Assembly: GCF_947497285.1 (NCBI RefSeq)
Contig: NZ_CANMFT010000004.1
Span: 305,595 to 369,594, forward strand
From: an uncultured Aliiroseovarius sp.
GTDB taxonomy: Bacteria > Pseudomonadota > Alphaproteobacteria > Rhodobacterales > Rhodobacteraceae
Direction: 5' to 3'
Length of the DNA stretch: 64,000 nucleotides
Below the pieces are notes generated by a model that worked only from the letters and a program-made list of their open reading frames with translations, was not told the DNA's origin and did not search any database. Position numbers and translations under genes: made by a program. Each line of letters opens with the position of its first letter. Position 1 is the first letter of the stretch. Shown here piece after piece: positions 37,916-47,975 of this stretch.

Positions 37916-39223
37916 ATGAAAGACCTGACCCCTCGCAAGCAAGACCTTGACCCGATTGAAATCGCGTCACGCGACGAAATCGCCGCACTTCAGCTGAAGC
38001 GCATGAAATGGTCGCTGAAACATGCCTATGACAACGTGCCGTTCTATCGCAAAAGCTTTGACGACGCGGGCGTGCACCCGGATGATCTGAAATCGCTTTC
38101 GGATCTGGCGAAATTTCCGTTCACGGTGAAGCAAGACCTGCGCGACAACTATCCGTTCGGCCTGTTTGCCGTCCCACGTGGTGAGATTGCGCGCGTTCAC
38201 GCAAGCTCGGGCACGACCGGGCAACCCACCGTGGTCGGCTATACCAAGAACGATCTGGCGATGTGGTCCACGGTTGTGGCGCGCTGCATGCGGGCCTCGG
38301 GTCTGCGGCCCGGTGACGTGCTGCACAACGCCTATGGCTATGGCCTGTTCACCGGTGGTCTGGGCGTGCATGGCGGGGCCGAGGCGTTGGGACTGACCGT
38401 GGTGCCGGTGTCCGGCGGCATGACGCAACGCCAGGTGCGTCTGATCGAAGACTTCCGCGCCGATGGTATCACCGTGACGCCGTCCTACGCGTTGTCCATT
38501 CTGGACGAATACGCCAAGCAAGGTCTGGACCCACGCAAAAGCCCGCTGAAGGTCGGCATTTTCGGCGCCGAGCCATGGACCAACAACATGCGCCGCGAGA
38601 TCGAGGACGCCTTCGACATGCATGCGGTCGACATCTATGGCCTGTCCGAAGTGATCGGGCCGGGCGTCGCCAACGAATGCGTTGAAACCAAGGATGGGCT
38701 GCACATCTGGGAAGACCACTTCTATCCCGAGATCATCAACCCCGACACCGGCGAGGTGGTCGAAGATGGCGAATTGGGCGAGCTGGTCTTCACCTCGCTG
38801 ACCAAGGAAGGCTTCCCGATCATCCGATACCGCACCCGTGACCTGACCCGCCTTTTGCCGGGAACGGCGCGCTCCATGCGGCGGATGGAGAAGATCACCG
38901 GGCGGTCCGATGACATGATCATTCTGCGCGGCGTCAATGTCTTCCCGACCCAGATCGAAGAACAGTTGATGGATGTGCCGGCCCTTAGCCCCCATTTCCA
39001 GATCGAGCTGGTCCGCCCGGGTCGCATGGACGAAATGCATGTTTACGTGGAAATGGCAGACGGCCTGTCGCAAGACGGCGCTGAAGCAGCCGCACGCACC
39101 TTGTCGGCCAAAATCAAATCCAACGTCGGTGTCAGCGCCAAGGTGCATGTCACCGAAGGTGGCAAGGTTGCGCGCAGCGAAGGGAAAGCGGTAAGGGTCG
39201 TCGACAACCGCCCGAAGGAGTAG
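37916..39223 (+). CDS. paaK: Phenylacetate-CoA ligase
   Basis: HASSGTTGQPT, YGYGLFTGGLG, GIFGAEPW and YGLSEVIGPG. GGAGG SD before ATG 37916. Confidence 0.97.
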   Translation: MKDLTPRKQDLDPIEIASRDEIAALQLKRMKWSLKHAYDNVPFYRKSFDDAGVHPDDLKSLSDLAKFPFTVKQDLRDNYPFGLFAVPRGEIARVHASSGTTGQPTVVGYTKNDLAMWSTVVARCMRASGLRPGDVLHNAYGYGLFTGGLGVHGGAEALGLTVVPVSGGMTQRQVRLIEDFRADGITVTPSYALSILDEYAKQGLDPRKSPLKVGIFGAEPWTNNMRREIEDAFDMHAVDIYGLSEVIGPGVANECVETKDGLHIWEDHFYPEIINPDTGEVVEDGELGELVFTSLTKEGFPIIRYRTRDLTRLLPGTARSMRRMEKITGRSDDMIILRGVNVFPTQIEEQLMDVPALSPHFQIELVRPGRMDEMHVYVEMADGLSQDGAEAAARTLSAKIKSNVGVSAKVHVTEGGKVARSEGKAVRVVDNRPKE

Positions 39224-39226
39224 CGC

Positions 39227-39805
39227 ATGCCACGAGGGATCGCGCGCGACCACGAAGAAAAGCGTTCGGCCATCCGCAAAGGGGCGGCTGCCTATTTCGC
39301 GGAACACGGCTTTGACCGCGCCTCGATGACGGCGGCGGCAAGGCATTGCGGTGTATCGAAAGCGCTGATCTATCACTATTATGACAGCAAGGAAGCGCTG
39401 CTGTTCGATATCCTCGACACCCACCTGTCAACCTTGGTCAATCAGGTAGAAGCTGCGCCCGAAACTGATGGGCTTAGGGGGCTCGTGCGGGCAATCCTGC
39501 AAGCCTACAAGGGCGCCGATGCAGAACATAAGCTTCAACTTGACAGCCTTGGGGTTCTGGAAGCCGAACAACAGGCGCCATTGATTGCGCTACAGCGTCG
39601 GCTGATCGAAATGATGGGGGCGGCACTGCAGAAAGAGGCTCCAGGTGCCTTCAGTGGCAACCGCAATCTGCGCGCTGTCACCATGTCGGTTTTTGGAATT
39701 TTGAACTGGTATTACATGTGGAATCATCCCGGCAAAGGGCTAAGCCGCGAGGAATACGCGGATCTGGTTTCCGATATGATACTGGGCGGCATCCACGCCC
39801 TGTAG
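39227..39805 (+). CDS. TetR/AcrR-family regulator, probable PaaR
   Basis: HTH FAEHGFDRASMTAAARHCGVSKALIYHYY, located at the end of the paa operon. Confidence 0.88.
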   Translation: MPRGIARDHEEKRSAIRKGAAAYFAEHGFDRASMTAAARHCGVSKALIYHYYDSKEALLFDILDTHLSTLVNQVEAAPETDGLRGLVRAILQAYKGADAEHKLQLDSLGVLEAEQQAPLIALQRRLIEMMGAALQKEAPGAFSGNRNLRAVTMSVFGILNWYYMWNHPGKGLSREEYADLVSDMILGGIHAL

Positions 39806-39911
39806 GGCACAGCGACCTGCAAAACCTGCCGATCACAATCCTGTCATTTTGATTTTCCACGCCACCGCGTAAGATCGCTGGAATACAGCCCTCGACGCGA
39901 AAGGATTACGG

Positions 39912-40355
39912 ATGAAATTGTTGAGAACGACATTGATTGCCCTGATAGCCAGCGCCCCGCTTGCCGGGCCACTTCTGGCGCACGAAGACGCGACAAACCC
40001 CGTCGTAATCGAACGAATGGAAACGATGAAAGCCATTGGTGGGGGCATGAAGACGCTGGCCGGCATGGCCAAGAACGAGATTCCGTTTGACGCGGACAAG
40101 GCCAACGCCGCGTTGGCGATCATGGCTGAAAAAGGCGTGCTGATCCCCGCGAAATTCGAAGCAAATGAACCCGATCCCGCGACCGAGGCATTGCCCGCCA
40201 TCTGGGAAAACTTCGACGACTTTGTCAAGAAATCCGAAGACATGGTGGTCGCAGCCAAAAGCGCACCGACCATCACCGACACGGCATCTCTGGGCGCCGC
40301 GCTAGGTCAAGTTGGCGGCACCTGCAAGGCCTGTCACCGCGACTATCGCAAGTAA
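39912..40355 (+). CDS. cycP: Cytochrome c' (class II)
   Basis: Signal peptide, IWENFDDF and C-terminal CKACH. Confidence 0.88.
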   Translation: MKLLRTTLIALIASAPLAGPLLAHEDATNPVVIERMETMKAIGGGMKTLAGMAKNEIPFDADKANAALAIMAEKGVLIPAKFEANEPDPATEALPAIWENFDDFVKKSEDMVVAAKSAPTITDTASLGAALGQVGGTCKACHRDYRK

Positions 40356-40378
40356 GCCAGCGACGGCTGAGCCTAATC

Positions 40379-40412
40379 AGGCGGGGCGCCTTGCGGCATT
40401 CCCGCCTTTTTT
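40379..40412 (+). terminator. Intrinsic terminator after cytochrome c'
   Basis: AGGCGGG...CCCGCCT stem followed by TTTTT. Confidence 0.7.
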
Positions 40413-40434
40413 GTGCGGCATTGGGATCGGGCGC

Positions 40435-40716
40435 TCAGGTGCACCAAACGCGGTCGATGATTCCATTTTCGTCGATCGAGATGTTCAGCCGGTCCGGGCG
40501 ATAATCCATGGTCAGCGCCATGCCGGGTCGCACCACACGCGTGACGCGCGGCAGATCAACCTCGCGCAACGTGGCGGCGTCCTGACCGATCAAACCACGC
40601 AGTCGGTCAGCCCCGCAACGCGGTGTCAGATCAACGGGTCGTGGTTCATCGCGGGCACCGGGCTGGCACGCTGCCAGCAGGGCGATGATGGGCAGGGTCA
40701 AATATCTGTGTCTCAT
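40435..40716 (-). CDS. I78-family peptidase inhibitor lipoprotein
   Basis: Lipobox LAA|C and RVVRPGMALTMDYRPDRLNI motif. Confidence 0.88.
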   Translation of the reverse strand: MRHRYLTLPIIALLAACQPGARDEPRPVDLTPRCGADRLRGLIGQDAATLREVDLPRVTRVVRPGMALTMDYRPDRLNISIDENGIIDRVWCT

Positions 40717-40828
40717 CCCACCATTTGCGCTGCAATGTCGTGATGTGGCAAGAGCCTGTCGGCTGAGCTGTTGAAACTGCGCCCTCTTTCCAGCAATCTA
40801 CCCCTTAGATTGAACAGGAGTATACACA

Positions 40829-41941
40829 ATGCGCACCCGTGCCGCCGTTGCCGTCGAAGCCGGTAAACCCCTTGAGATCATGGAGGTGAACCTTGAAGGC
40901 CCGAAAGCGGGCGAGGTTCTGGTCGAAGTCAAGGCCACCGGCCTCTGTCATACCGATCTGTTTACCCTGTCAGGTGCTGACCCCGAAGGGCTTTTCCCCG
41001 CAATCCTTGGTCACGAAGGGGCCGGCGTCGTGATCGAGGTCGGGCCGGGTGTTACCTCGCTTGAGGTTGGCGATCACGTGATCCCGCTTTACACGCCGGA
41101 ATGCCGCGAATGCGAATACTGCCTTAACCCGAAGACGAACCTGTGCCAGTCGATCCGCACAACCCAGGGCCAGGGCCTGATGCCCGATGGCACCAGCCGG
41201 TTCTCGATGCTGGATGGCACGCCGATCCTGCACTACATGGGCTGTTCGACCTTCGCCAATCACACCGTCCTGCCCGAGATTGCACTGGCGAAAGTGCGCA
41301 AGGACGCGCCCTTCGACAAGATTTGCTATATCGGTTGCGGTGTGACGACGGGCATTGGGGCTGTAATCAACACCGCCAAAGTCGAAATCGGTTCAACCGC
41401 CATTGTCTTTGGTTTGGGCGGCATCGGTCTGAACGTGTTGCAGGGCCTGCGCCTTGCAGGTGCGGATCAGATCGTCGGTGTGGACCTGAACGACAACAAA
41501 GTCGACATGGCGACCCGGTTCGGCATGACCCATTTCGTGAACCCCTCAAAGGTCGACGGTGATCTGGTCGCGCATTTGGTCGACCTGACGGGCGGCGGTG
41601 CAGACTATACGTTCGACGCCACCGGCAATGTGGGCGTCATGCGCACGGCGTTGGAAAGCGCGCACAAGGGATGGGGCGAAAGCGTCATCATCGGCGTCGC
41701 GCCCGCCGGGGCTGAAATTTCCACCCGCCCCTTTCAACTGGTCACCGGTCGCGTCTGGCGCGGCACGGCGTTTGGCGGTGCGCGCGGTCGCACGGACGTG
41801 CCGCAGATCGTCGATTGGTACATGGACGGCAAGATTGAGATCGACCCGATGATCACCCATACGATGGGACTGGACGACATCAACAAAGGGTTTGATCTGA
41901 TGCATGCGGGCGAAAGCATCCGCGGTGTCGTTCTGTATTGA
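40829..41941 (+). CDS. frmA: S-(hydroxymethyl)glutathione dehydrogenase / class III ADH (FrmA/AdhI/FlhA)
   Basis: GLCHTD, GHEGAG, CRECEYC...[12 protein letters not shown] and [13 protein letters not shown]. Confidence 0.97.
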   Translation: MRTRAAVAVEAGKPLEIMEVNLEGPKAGEVLVEVKATGLCHTDLFTLSGADPEGLFPAILGHEGAGVVIEVGPGVTSLEVGDHVIPLYTPECRECEYCLNPKTNLCQSIRTTQGQGLMPDGTSRFSMLDGTPILHYMGCSTFANHTVLPEIALAKVRKDAPFDKICYIGCGVTTGIGAVINTAKVEIGSTAIVFGLGGIGLNVLQGLRLAGADQIVGVDLNDNKVDMATRFGMTHFVNPSKVDGDLVAHLVDLTGGGADYTFDATGNVGVMRTALESAHKGWGESVIIGVAPAGAEISTRPFQLVTGRVWRGTAFGGARGRTDVPQIVDWYMDGKIEIDPMITHTMGLDDINKGFDLMHAGESIRGVVLY

Positions 41942-42039
41942 TCCGGTCCGAAAATGAGCCGCAAGGGAGGGGTTTTCCCGACCCTTGCGCGACCTTTCCA
42001 GCGGCAAAATGCAGGGTTGCATAAAGCTGCATTTTCCCT

Positions 42040-42060
42040 AAATTAGAACCGTTCTAATTT
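42040..42060. promoter_or_regulatory. Iron control element (Irr box)
   Basis: AAATTAGAA-CCG-TTCTAATTT is a perfect 9-3-9 inverted repeat matching the ICE consensus. It sits directly upstream of the mbfA SD. Confidence 0.9.
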
Positions 42061-42072
42061 AGGAGCTTTTGC

Positions 42073-43050
42073 ATGCTGTCCGGCACTCTAAATCGTCGTC
42101 GTTTCTCGGATCTGTCCGAACAGGAAATCCTTGCGCTGGCCATTTCCAACGAAGAAGACGACGCGCGGATTTATCGCCAGTATGCGGAAAGCCTGCGCGC
42201 TGATTTTCCCGCTTCGGCAAAAGTCTTCGACGGCATGGCCGAGGAAGAGGACGAACATCGCCGCCTTCTGATCGACGCGCACACGTCGCGCTTTGGGGAT
42301 GTTATCCCGCTGATCCGGCGCGAACATGTTGCCGGCTTCTATGCCCGCCGCCCGGTCTGGCTGGTTGAAAACCTTGGTCTTGAAACCATCCGCGGCGAAG
42401 CCCGCGAGATGGAGCGCCAAGCCGAACAGTTTTATCGCAAAGCAGCAGATCGCACCAGCGACGCTAGCACGCGCAAGCTGCTAGGGGATCTGGCCGCCGC
42501 CGAGGCCGATCACGGCAACGTGGCTGGCCAACTTGAAGCCGAGCACCTTGCTGGCGATGCCCGATCGGAAGAGGACGCCGACGCGCACCGCCAGTTTGTG
42601 CTGACTTGGGTTCAGCCGGGACTGGCCGGATTGATGGATGGCTCTGTCTCAACCCTTGCGCCGATCTTTGCCACCGCGTTTGCGACTCACGACACGCACA
42701 CGACCTTCCTTGTTGGCCTTGCCGCAAGCGTCGGGGCGGGCATATCGATGGGCTTCACCGAAGCGGCGTCAGATGACGGAGAGCTTTCTGGCCGTGGCAG
42801 CCCGGTGAAACGTGGGTTTGCGTCCGGGATCATGACAACGCTTGGCGGATTAGGGCACGCATTGCCGTATCTGATCACAGATTTCTGGACCGCAACCACC
42901 ATCGCGCTTCTTGTTGTTTTCGTCGAACTTTGGGCAATTGTGTGGATCCAGAACCGGTTTATGCAAACGCCCTTCTGGCGGGCCACACTGCAAGTCGTTG
43001 TGGGCGGTGCATTGGTCTTTGCAGCTGGGGTGATTATCGGGGGCGGATAG
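42073..43050 (+). CDS. mbfA: Iron exporter MbfA (rubrerythrin-like + VIT1 domains)
   Basis: EQEILALAISNEEDD, EEDEH, QPGLAGLMDGSVSTLAP and ISMGFTEA. Confidence 0.95.
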   Translation: MLSGTLNRRRFSDLSEQEILALAISNEEDDARIYRQYAESLRADFPASAKVFDGMAEEEDEHRRLLIDAHTSRFGDVIPLIRREHVAGFYARRPVWLVENLGLETIRGEAREMERQAEQFYRKAADRTSDASTRKLLGDLAAAEADHGNVAGQLEAEHLAGDARSEEDADAHRQFVLTWVQPGLAGLMDGSVSTLAPIFATAFATHDTHTTFLVGLAASVGAGISMGFTEAASDDGELSGRGSPVKRGFASGIMTTLGGLGHALPYLITDFWTATTIALLVVFVELWAIVWIQNRFMQTPFWRATLQVVVGGALVFAAGVIIGGG

Positions 43051-43181
43051 CCGCAAAACCGCCCAGCGCATGCCGCCTCTCGGCCCGCCCTAGCGGCCAT
43101 TCCAACACCATTCGATCTTCAAGACCCGGCCCGACGCAGGCACATCTCGCCAAGCGCCATCCCCCATGCTAGGGCTGCAAC

Positions 43182-44108
43182 ATGATCGACGTTTTGCTGC
43201 AAACTCTGCCCTTCTTCGCGCTCATCGGACTGGGCTTCGGCGCCGCCGCTCGCGGGTTTTTCCCGCCCGAGGCAACCGCCTATCTGACACGTTTTGTGTT
43301 CTACTTCGCCCTGTCAGCGATGCTGTTTCGCTTTGCGGCCAACCTGAGCTTGTCCGAGGTCATCTCTTGGCCCTTTATCTGGGCCTATGCGCTTGGTGGC
43401 GGGGCGGTTTATCTGCTGGCCACGACCGTCGCGCTATTGCGCAAGCGCGGGCTTGAAGAAGCGGCCGTCGAAGCCCAATGCGCGGTCATCGGCAACACCG
43501 GATTTCTGGGCGTGCCGATGCTCGCGCTGTTGATGGGCGAAGCTGCCGTTGGCCCTGTCATGCTGGTGCTTGCCGTTGATTTGTTCCTGTTTGGCAGTCT
43601 GATCGTCATCCTGATCACCGGATCACGTGACGGGCGGGTCAGCCCGGCCGTGTTGGGCACAGTTGCCAAGGGTTTGATCACCAACCCGATGATCGTCTCG
43701 ATGGCGCTTGGCTTTGCATGGTCAGCGTCAGGTTGGGCCTTGCCCGAACCGGTCAACCGATTTCTGGACATCTTGTCCGGCGCCTCGACCCCCGGTGCTC
43801 TGTTCGCCATCGGCGCATCCCTCGCCGCCAAATCAGCCGAGCGGGTCAGCGTTGCGGCATGGTTGTCCTTCGCCAAGTTGATCCTGCACCCTTTGGCCGT
43901 GGGTGTATTGGCCTTTTTCGTATTTGACGTAGAGCCCTTTGCCGCCACCGTGATGGTCGCTGCTGCGGGTCTGCCGGTGGCGGGCAATGTCTATATCTTG
44001 GCGCAGCACTATGGCGTGGCCCCTCAGCGCGTCTCGGCATCAATCCTGATATCGACTTTGGCTTCAATTCTAACCGTCTCCGCCATTCTTGCCTGGATTA
44101 TCCCATGA
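43182..44108 (+). CDS. AEC family transporter
   Basis: PFFALIGLG, GNTGFLGVP and LPVAGNVYILA, with about 10 TM segments. Confidence 0.9.
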   Translation: MIDVLLQTLPFFALIGLGFGAAARGFFPPEATAYLTRFVFYFALSAMLFRFAANLSLSEVISWPFIWAYALGGGAVYLLATTVALLRKRGLEEAAVEAQCAVIGNTGFLGVPMLALLMGEAAVGPVMLVLAVDLFLFGSLIVILITGSRDGRVSPAVLGTVAKGLITNPMIVSMALGFAWSASGWALPEPVNRFLDILSGASTPGALFAIGASLAAKSAERVSVAAWLSFAKLILHPLAVGVLAFFVFDVEPFAATVMVAAAGLPVAGNVYILAQHYGVAPQRVSASILISTLASILTVSAILAWIIP

Positions 44109-45217
44109 CGCTACTGACCGGCGCATATCGCCTGTTCTTCCCATTCACCGCGCTGTTCGCCGGCACCGCCATTCCGATCTGGCTGATCTATCATGCCGGA
44201 CTGGTAGAGCGGATGAACGACCCGTTGCTCTGGCACCAGCACGAGATGCTGTGGGGCTATCTTCCCGCAGCTCTGGCCGGGTTCTTGTTCACGGCAATCC
44301 CCAATTGGGCTGGTCGCCCTGCCTTGGGGCCGAAATCAGTGGCGGGTTTGTTTGCCCTGTGGCTGACCGCCCGTATCGCGATGTTTGCCGCGCCCGAAGG
44401 CGCTCTGTCTCATACTGTCGCCTTGGCGTTTCTTCCCATCGTGGCCCTTCTGGCCCTGCGCGAGCTGATCGCCGCGCGAAACCGTCGCAACTATATCGTC
44501 GCTTTGGTCGTGCTTGGTATGGGGCTGGCGCAGGCTATTTTTCTGATGGCAGATGCCGAGCTTGGCCTGACCATGGGGTTCGCGTTGGCCTTTATGCTGA
44601 TGGTTCACATTGGGGGCCGCGTGACCCCTGCGTTCAGTCGCAACTGGCTGAAAAAGCGTGGTGAAGACAACCTGCCCGCAGCCTTCGGCCCCGTTGATCA
44701 AGCCGCCATCGGGCTAAGTGCTGCTGCGGCGGCAAGCTGGATCACTCTTGGTGCCCAGACCGCGACGGGCACACTTGCCGCGCTGGCCACCATCGCCCTT
44801 GCGCTGCGCCTGTCGCGGTGGCGCGGCTTTGCGGTGACGTCTGAGCCGCTCTTGTTTGCGCAGCACGCAGGCTATGCGTGGCTGCCGCTGTCGATGGCGC
44901 TTTTGGCAATGGCGTCGCTGACGGATGTGGCAAATATCGGTCAGGTTCATCACGCACTTGGTGTGGGGGCGATCGGAACGATTACCGTCATCGTCATGCT
45001 GCGCGCGCTTCTGGGACATTCTGGCCGCCCGATCGAGGGCAATCGCTTTGACCGTGTCTTCCTGAACTTTCTACATATCGGTGCGGTGCTGCGCGTCACT
45101 GCGGACTGGACCGGCGATCCTGCACATTTCTATTACCTGGGCGGTGTGTTCTGGTCAGTGGGGATGATCTGCTTCTTTATCCGCGCATTCCCCATTGCCT
45201 TGTCGCCCCGTGTCTAG
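44105..45217 (+). CDS. nnrS: NnrS family membrane protein
   Basis: YRLFF, WHQHEMLWGY, GFLFTAIPNW, GGRVTPAFSRNWL and HALGVG. ATGA overlap with the AEC gene. Confidence 0.92.
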   Translation: MTLLTGAYRLFFPFTALFAGTAIPIWLIYHAGLVERMNDPLLWHQHEMLWGYLPAALAGFLFTAIPNWAGRPALGPKSVAGLFALWLTARIAMFAAPEGALSHTVALAFLPIVALLALRELIAARNRRNYIVALVVLGMGLAQAIFLMADAELGLTMGFALAFMLMVHIGGRVTPAFSRNWLKKRGEDNLPAAFGPVDQAAIGLSAAAAASWITLGAQTATGTLAALATIALALRLSRWRGFAVTSEPLLFAQHAGYAWLPLSMALLAMASLTDVANIGQVHHALGVGAIGTITVIVMLRALLGHSGRPIEGNRFDRVFLNFLHIGAVLRVTADWTGDPAHFYYLGGVFWSVGMICFFIRAFPIALSPRV

Positions 45218-45253
45218 TTAGCTCATCCAGACATGTCAGAAAGGACCAGCCAG

Positions 45254-46087
45254 ATGGAAACACTCTCTGAAAACGCCTGCTTTGGAGGCACTCAAGGGGT
45301 CTATCGCCATGCGTCAGCGGCAACCGGCACAGACATGACCTTCGGGCTGTTTCAACCGGTCGAGGCACAAGATGGCCCTGTGCCGGTTGTGTGGTATCTG
45401 TCTGGCCTGACCTGCACTCATGAAAACGCCATGACCAAAGCGGGGGCGCAGGGGTGGGCGGCGGAACAGGGTATCGCCCTGATCTTTCCCGACACCAGCC
45501 CGCGCGGCGATCATGTGCCTGATGACGAAGACTATGACCTTGGACAAGGCGCAGGCTTTTACGTGAACGCCACCCAAGACCCGTGGGCTGCACAGTTCCA
45601 GATGTGGGATTATGTGACCGAAGACCTGCCCGCGCTTGTCTTTGACAAGTTCGCGCTGGACCCCGAGCGTCAGGGCATCACCGGGCATTCGATGGGTGGT
45701 CACGGCGCACTGACCATTGCAATGACCCTGCCCGAACGGTTTCGGTCCGTGTCGGCCTTTTCCCCGATCTGCAACCCGATCGCCTCCGATTGGGGCCGCA
45801 AGCAATTCGAGGCTTATCTGGGCGATGAAGACGACGCCGATTGGAGCGCCTACGACGCCAGCCTGTTGATGGCGCAGCGCGGCTTTGACGGTCCGATGCT
45901 GATCGACACCGGCACCAAAGACCAGTTTGTCGACCTTCTTCGACCCGAAGCCCTGGCCCACGCCATCGCCCGCCACCGCCAACAGGCAAACTTCAGACTG
46001 CAACCGGGCTATGACCACAGCTATTTCTTTGTGTCGAGCTTCATGGAAGACCATATCGCCTTCCACGCTGAAGCGCTCTGGGCCTAA
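45254..46087 (+). CDS. fghA: S-formylglutathione hydrolase
   Basis: LSGLTCT, PDTSPRG, GHSMGGHGA and GYDHSY. GAAAGGA SD before ATG 45254. Confidence 0.96.
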   Translation: METLSENACFGGTQGVYRHASAATGTDMTFGLFQPVEAQDGPVPVVWYLSGLTCTHENAMTKAGAQGWAAEQGIALIFPDTSPRGDHVPDDEDYDLGQGAGFYVNATQDPWAAQFQMWDYVTEDLPALVFDKFALDPERQGITGHSMGGHGALTIAMTLPERFRSVSAFSPICNPIASDWGRKQFEAYLGDEDDADWSAYDASLLMAQRGFDGPMLIDTGTKDQFVDLLRPEALAHAIARHRQQANFRLQPGYDHSYFFVSSFMEDHIAFHAEALWA

Positions 46088-46093
46088 GCGGCG

Positions 46094-46546
46094 ATGGTGG
46101 TCTATGTCGATGCCGATGCCTGCCCGGTCAAATCCGAGGCCGAGGCCGTCGCCACGCGCCACAAAACCAAGCTCTTGCTGGTCTCGAACGGGGGGCTGCG
46201 CCCTTCGCAAAACCCACTTGTCGAAATGATCTATGTTCCCGACGGACCGGATGTCGCTGACATGTGGATCGCCGATCGTGCCGGGCCGGCCGATGTCGTG
46301 GTGACCGGAGACATCCCCTTGGCCGCCAAATGCGTCGAAGCCGGCGCCCAAGTCCTGCGTCACAATGGTGAGCGTTTCACCCAAGCCAATGTTCGCGAAC
46401 AGTTGGCGATGCGCGATCTGATGACGGACCTGCGGGCAGCCGACCCGTTTCGGCAAGGCGGGGGGCGCGCGTTTTCCAAGGCCGACAGAGCGCGTTTTCG
46501 TGAAGCTCTGGATGATGCGTTGAGGCGGGCGCCCACCGCTGAGTGA
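46094..46546 (+). CDS. YaiI/YqxD (DUF188) family protein
   Basis: [17 protein letters not shown] and VTGDIPLA. Confidence 0.92.
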   Translation: MVVYVDADACPVKSEAEAVATRHKTKLLLVSNGGLRPSQNPLVEMIYVPDGPDVADMWIADRAGPADVVVTGDIPLAAKCVEAGAQVLRHNGERFTQANVREQLAMRDLMTDLRAADPFRQGGGRAFSKADRARFREALDDALRRAPTAE

Positions 46547-46680
46547 CGGCAAGATAAGGGGGACACCCCCGCAACTTTCCCCTTAATCGGGCTTGGTCCC
46601 GCGTGCTCTGATGCCTGTGCTGGGAAAAGGGCTGTTCGGGCAACGAAATGAACAAAGCCCGTTGGAAAAGGGAACAGAAC

Positions 46681-46971
46681 ATGGAAGCACTGCTTATCAA
46701 TCTTGTGTCGGGGGCTGTTGGCGGCAACGTGGCCGGCGGGTTGTTGAAAAACTTGAACCAAGGCACGTTGATCAACTCGATTTCGGGGATCGTGGGCGGC
46801 GGCCTTGGCGGCACGATCCTGTCGATGCTGGGCGCAGGTGGCGTGGCGGACGCGGCCGGTGCAGGCGGGCTTGATATCGGCGCAATCCTTGGTCAGGTCG
46901 CCTCGGGCGGCGTGGGCGGCGGCGTGGTTCTGGCGATTGTCGGCGTCATCCGCAACATGATGGCCAAGTAA
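46681..46971 (+). CDS. Small Gly-rich membrane protein (hypothetical)
   Basis: 96 aa with three hydrophobic Gly-zipper segments. Start moved to ATG 46681; followed by a terminator. Confidence 0.75.
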   Translation: MEALLINLVSGAVGGNVAGGLLKNLNQGTLINSISGIVGGGLGGTILSMLGAGGVADAAGAGGLDIGAILGQVASGGVGGGVVLAIVGVIRNMMAK

Positions 46972-46997
46972 AAAACCACCAAACGGATGTAATCGCG

Positions 46998-47026
46998 GAA
47001 ACCGGGGGGCAGTGCCCCCCGTTTTT
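46998..47026 (+). terminator. Intrinsic terminator
   Basis: AAACCGGGGGGC-agt-GCCCCCCGTTTTT. Confidence 0.8.
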
Positions 47027-47117
47027 CATGCCGGGTTTGACATGTTTGCGCGCGCAGTCTTGCGAAACCTTGCCTTGCGCACTAGGCAGATATGGCAAAC
47101 TGACCGGAGGGAAAGTC

Positions 47118-47972
47118 ATGCCGCATAGCGACCCGAAAACGCTGGTTTCGACCGACTGGCTTGCCAAGCATCTGAAAGACCCAGACCTGCGCATCCTGGA
47201 TGCCAGTTGGTATATGCCCGACATGGGTCGGGACGCGCGCGCCGAATACGATGCGGCGCATATCCCGAGTGCACGATATTTCGATATCGACGAGATCGCC
47301 GACCTGCGGTCTGACCTGCCGCACATGATGCCCCCGGTGGAAAAATTCATGTCACGGGTGCGGGCCATGGGCGTTGGGGATGGTCACCAGATTGTGGTTT
47401 ATGATGGCATGGGTCTGTTTTCCTCTGCCCGTGTTTGGTGGATGTTCCGCCTGATGGGGCACAAGGACATTGCGGTTCTGGACGGTGGCTTCCCGAAATG
47501 GCAGGCCGAAGGGCACCCGGTCGAAGACATGCCACCCGTTGTCCGTGACCGCCACATGACCGTGGTGCGGCAGGCTCATATGGTGAAAGACGTGACACAG
47601 GTCGCCGCGGCCTCGAAACTGGGCGATTACGAGATCCTTGATGCGCGGTCGTCAGATCGCTTTCGAGGCATCGCACCCGAGCCGCGCGAAGGTTTGCGGT
47701 CGGGTCACATCCCGAACTCGAAGAACGTGCCTTTCGGTGATATTCTGAACCCAGACGGCACGATGAAAAGCCCCGAAGCCACCCGCGCAGCGTTCGAAGC
47801 GGCAGCCGTCAACTTGGAAAAACCCGCAATCCTTAGCTGCGGATCAGGGGTCACCGCCGCGATCCTTGCTCTGGCGTTGGAGCGCATTGGCCATGACCGC
47901 CATGCGATTTATGACGGCAGCTGGTCCGAATGGGGTATGTATAACGACCTACAGGTCGAAACAGGAGAATAG
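47118..47972 (+). CDS. sseA: 3-mercaptopyruvate sulfurtransferase
   Basis: Tandem rhodanese domains: HIPSA, ARVWWMF, CGSGVTA and YDGSWSEW. GGAGG SD. Confidence 0.95.
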   Translation: MPHSDPKTLVSTDWLAKHLKDPDLRILDASWYMPDMGRDARAEYDAAHIPSARYFDIDEIADLRSDLPHMMPPVEKFMSRVRAMGVGDGHQIVVYDGMGLFSSARVWWMFRLMGHKDIAVLDGGFPKWQAEGHPVEDMPPVVRDRHMTVVRQAHMVKDVTQVAAASKLGDYEILDARSSDRFRGIAPEPREGLRSGHIPNSKNVPFGDILNPDGTMKSPEATRAAFEAAAVNLEKPAILSCGSGVTAAILALALERIGHDRHAIYDGSWSEWGMYNDLQVETGE

Positions 47973-47975
47973 ACA

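Noticed and set aside
39806-45217. FNR/NnrR boxes for cycP or nnrS
   Set aside because: I found no TTGAT-N4-ATCAA-type site upstream of cycP or the AEC-nnrS pair. nnrS has no intergenic region of its own.
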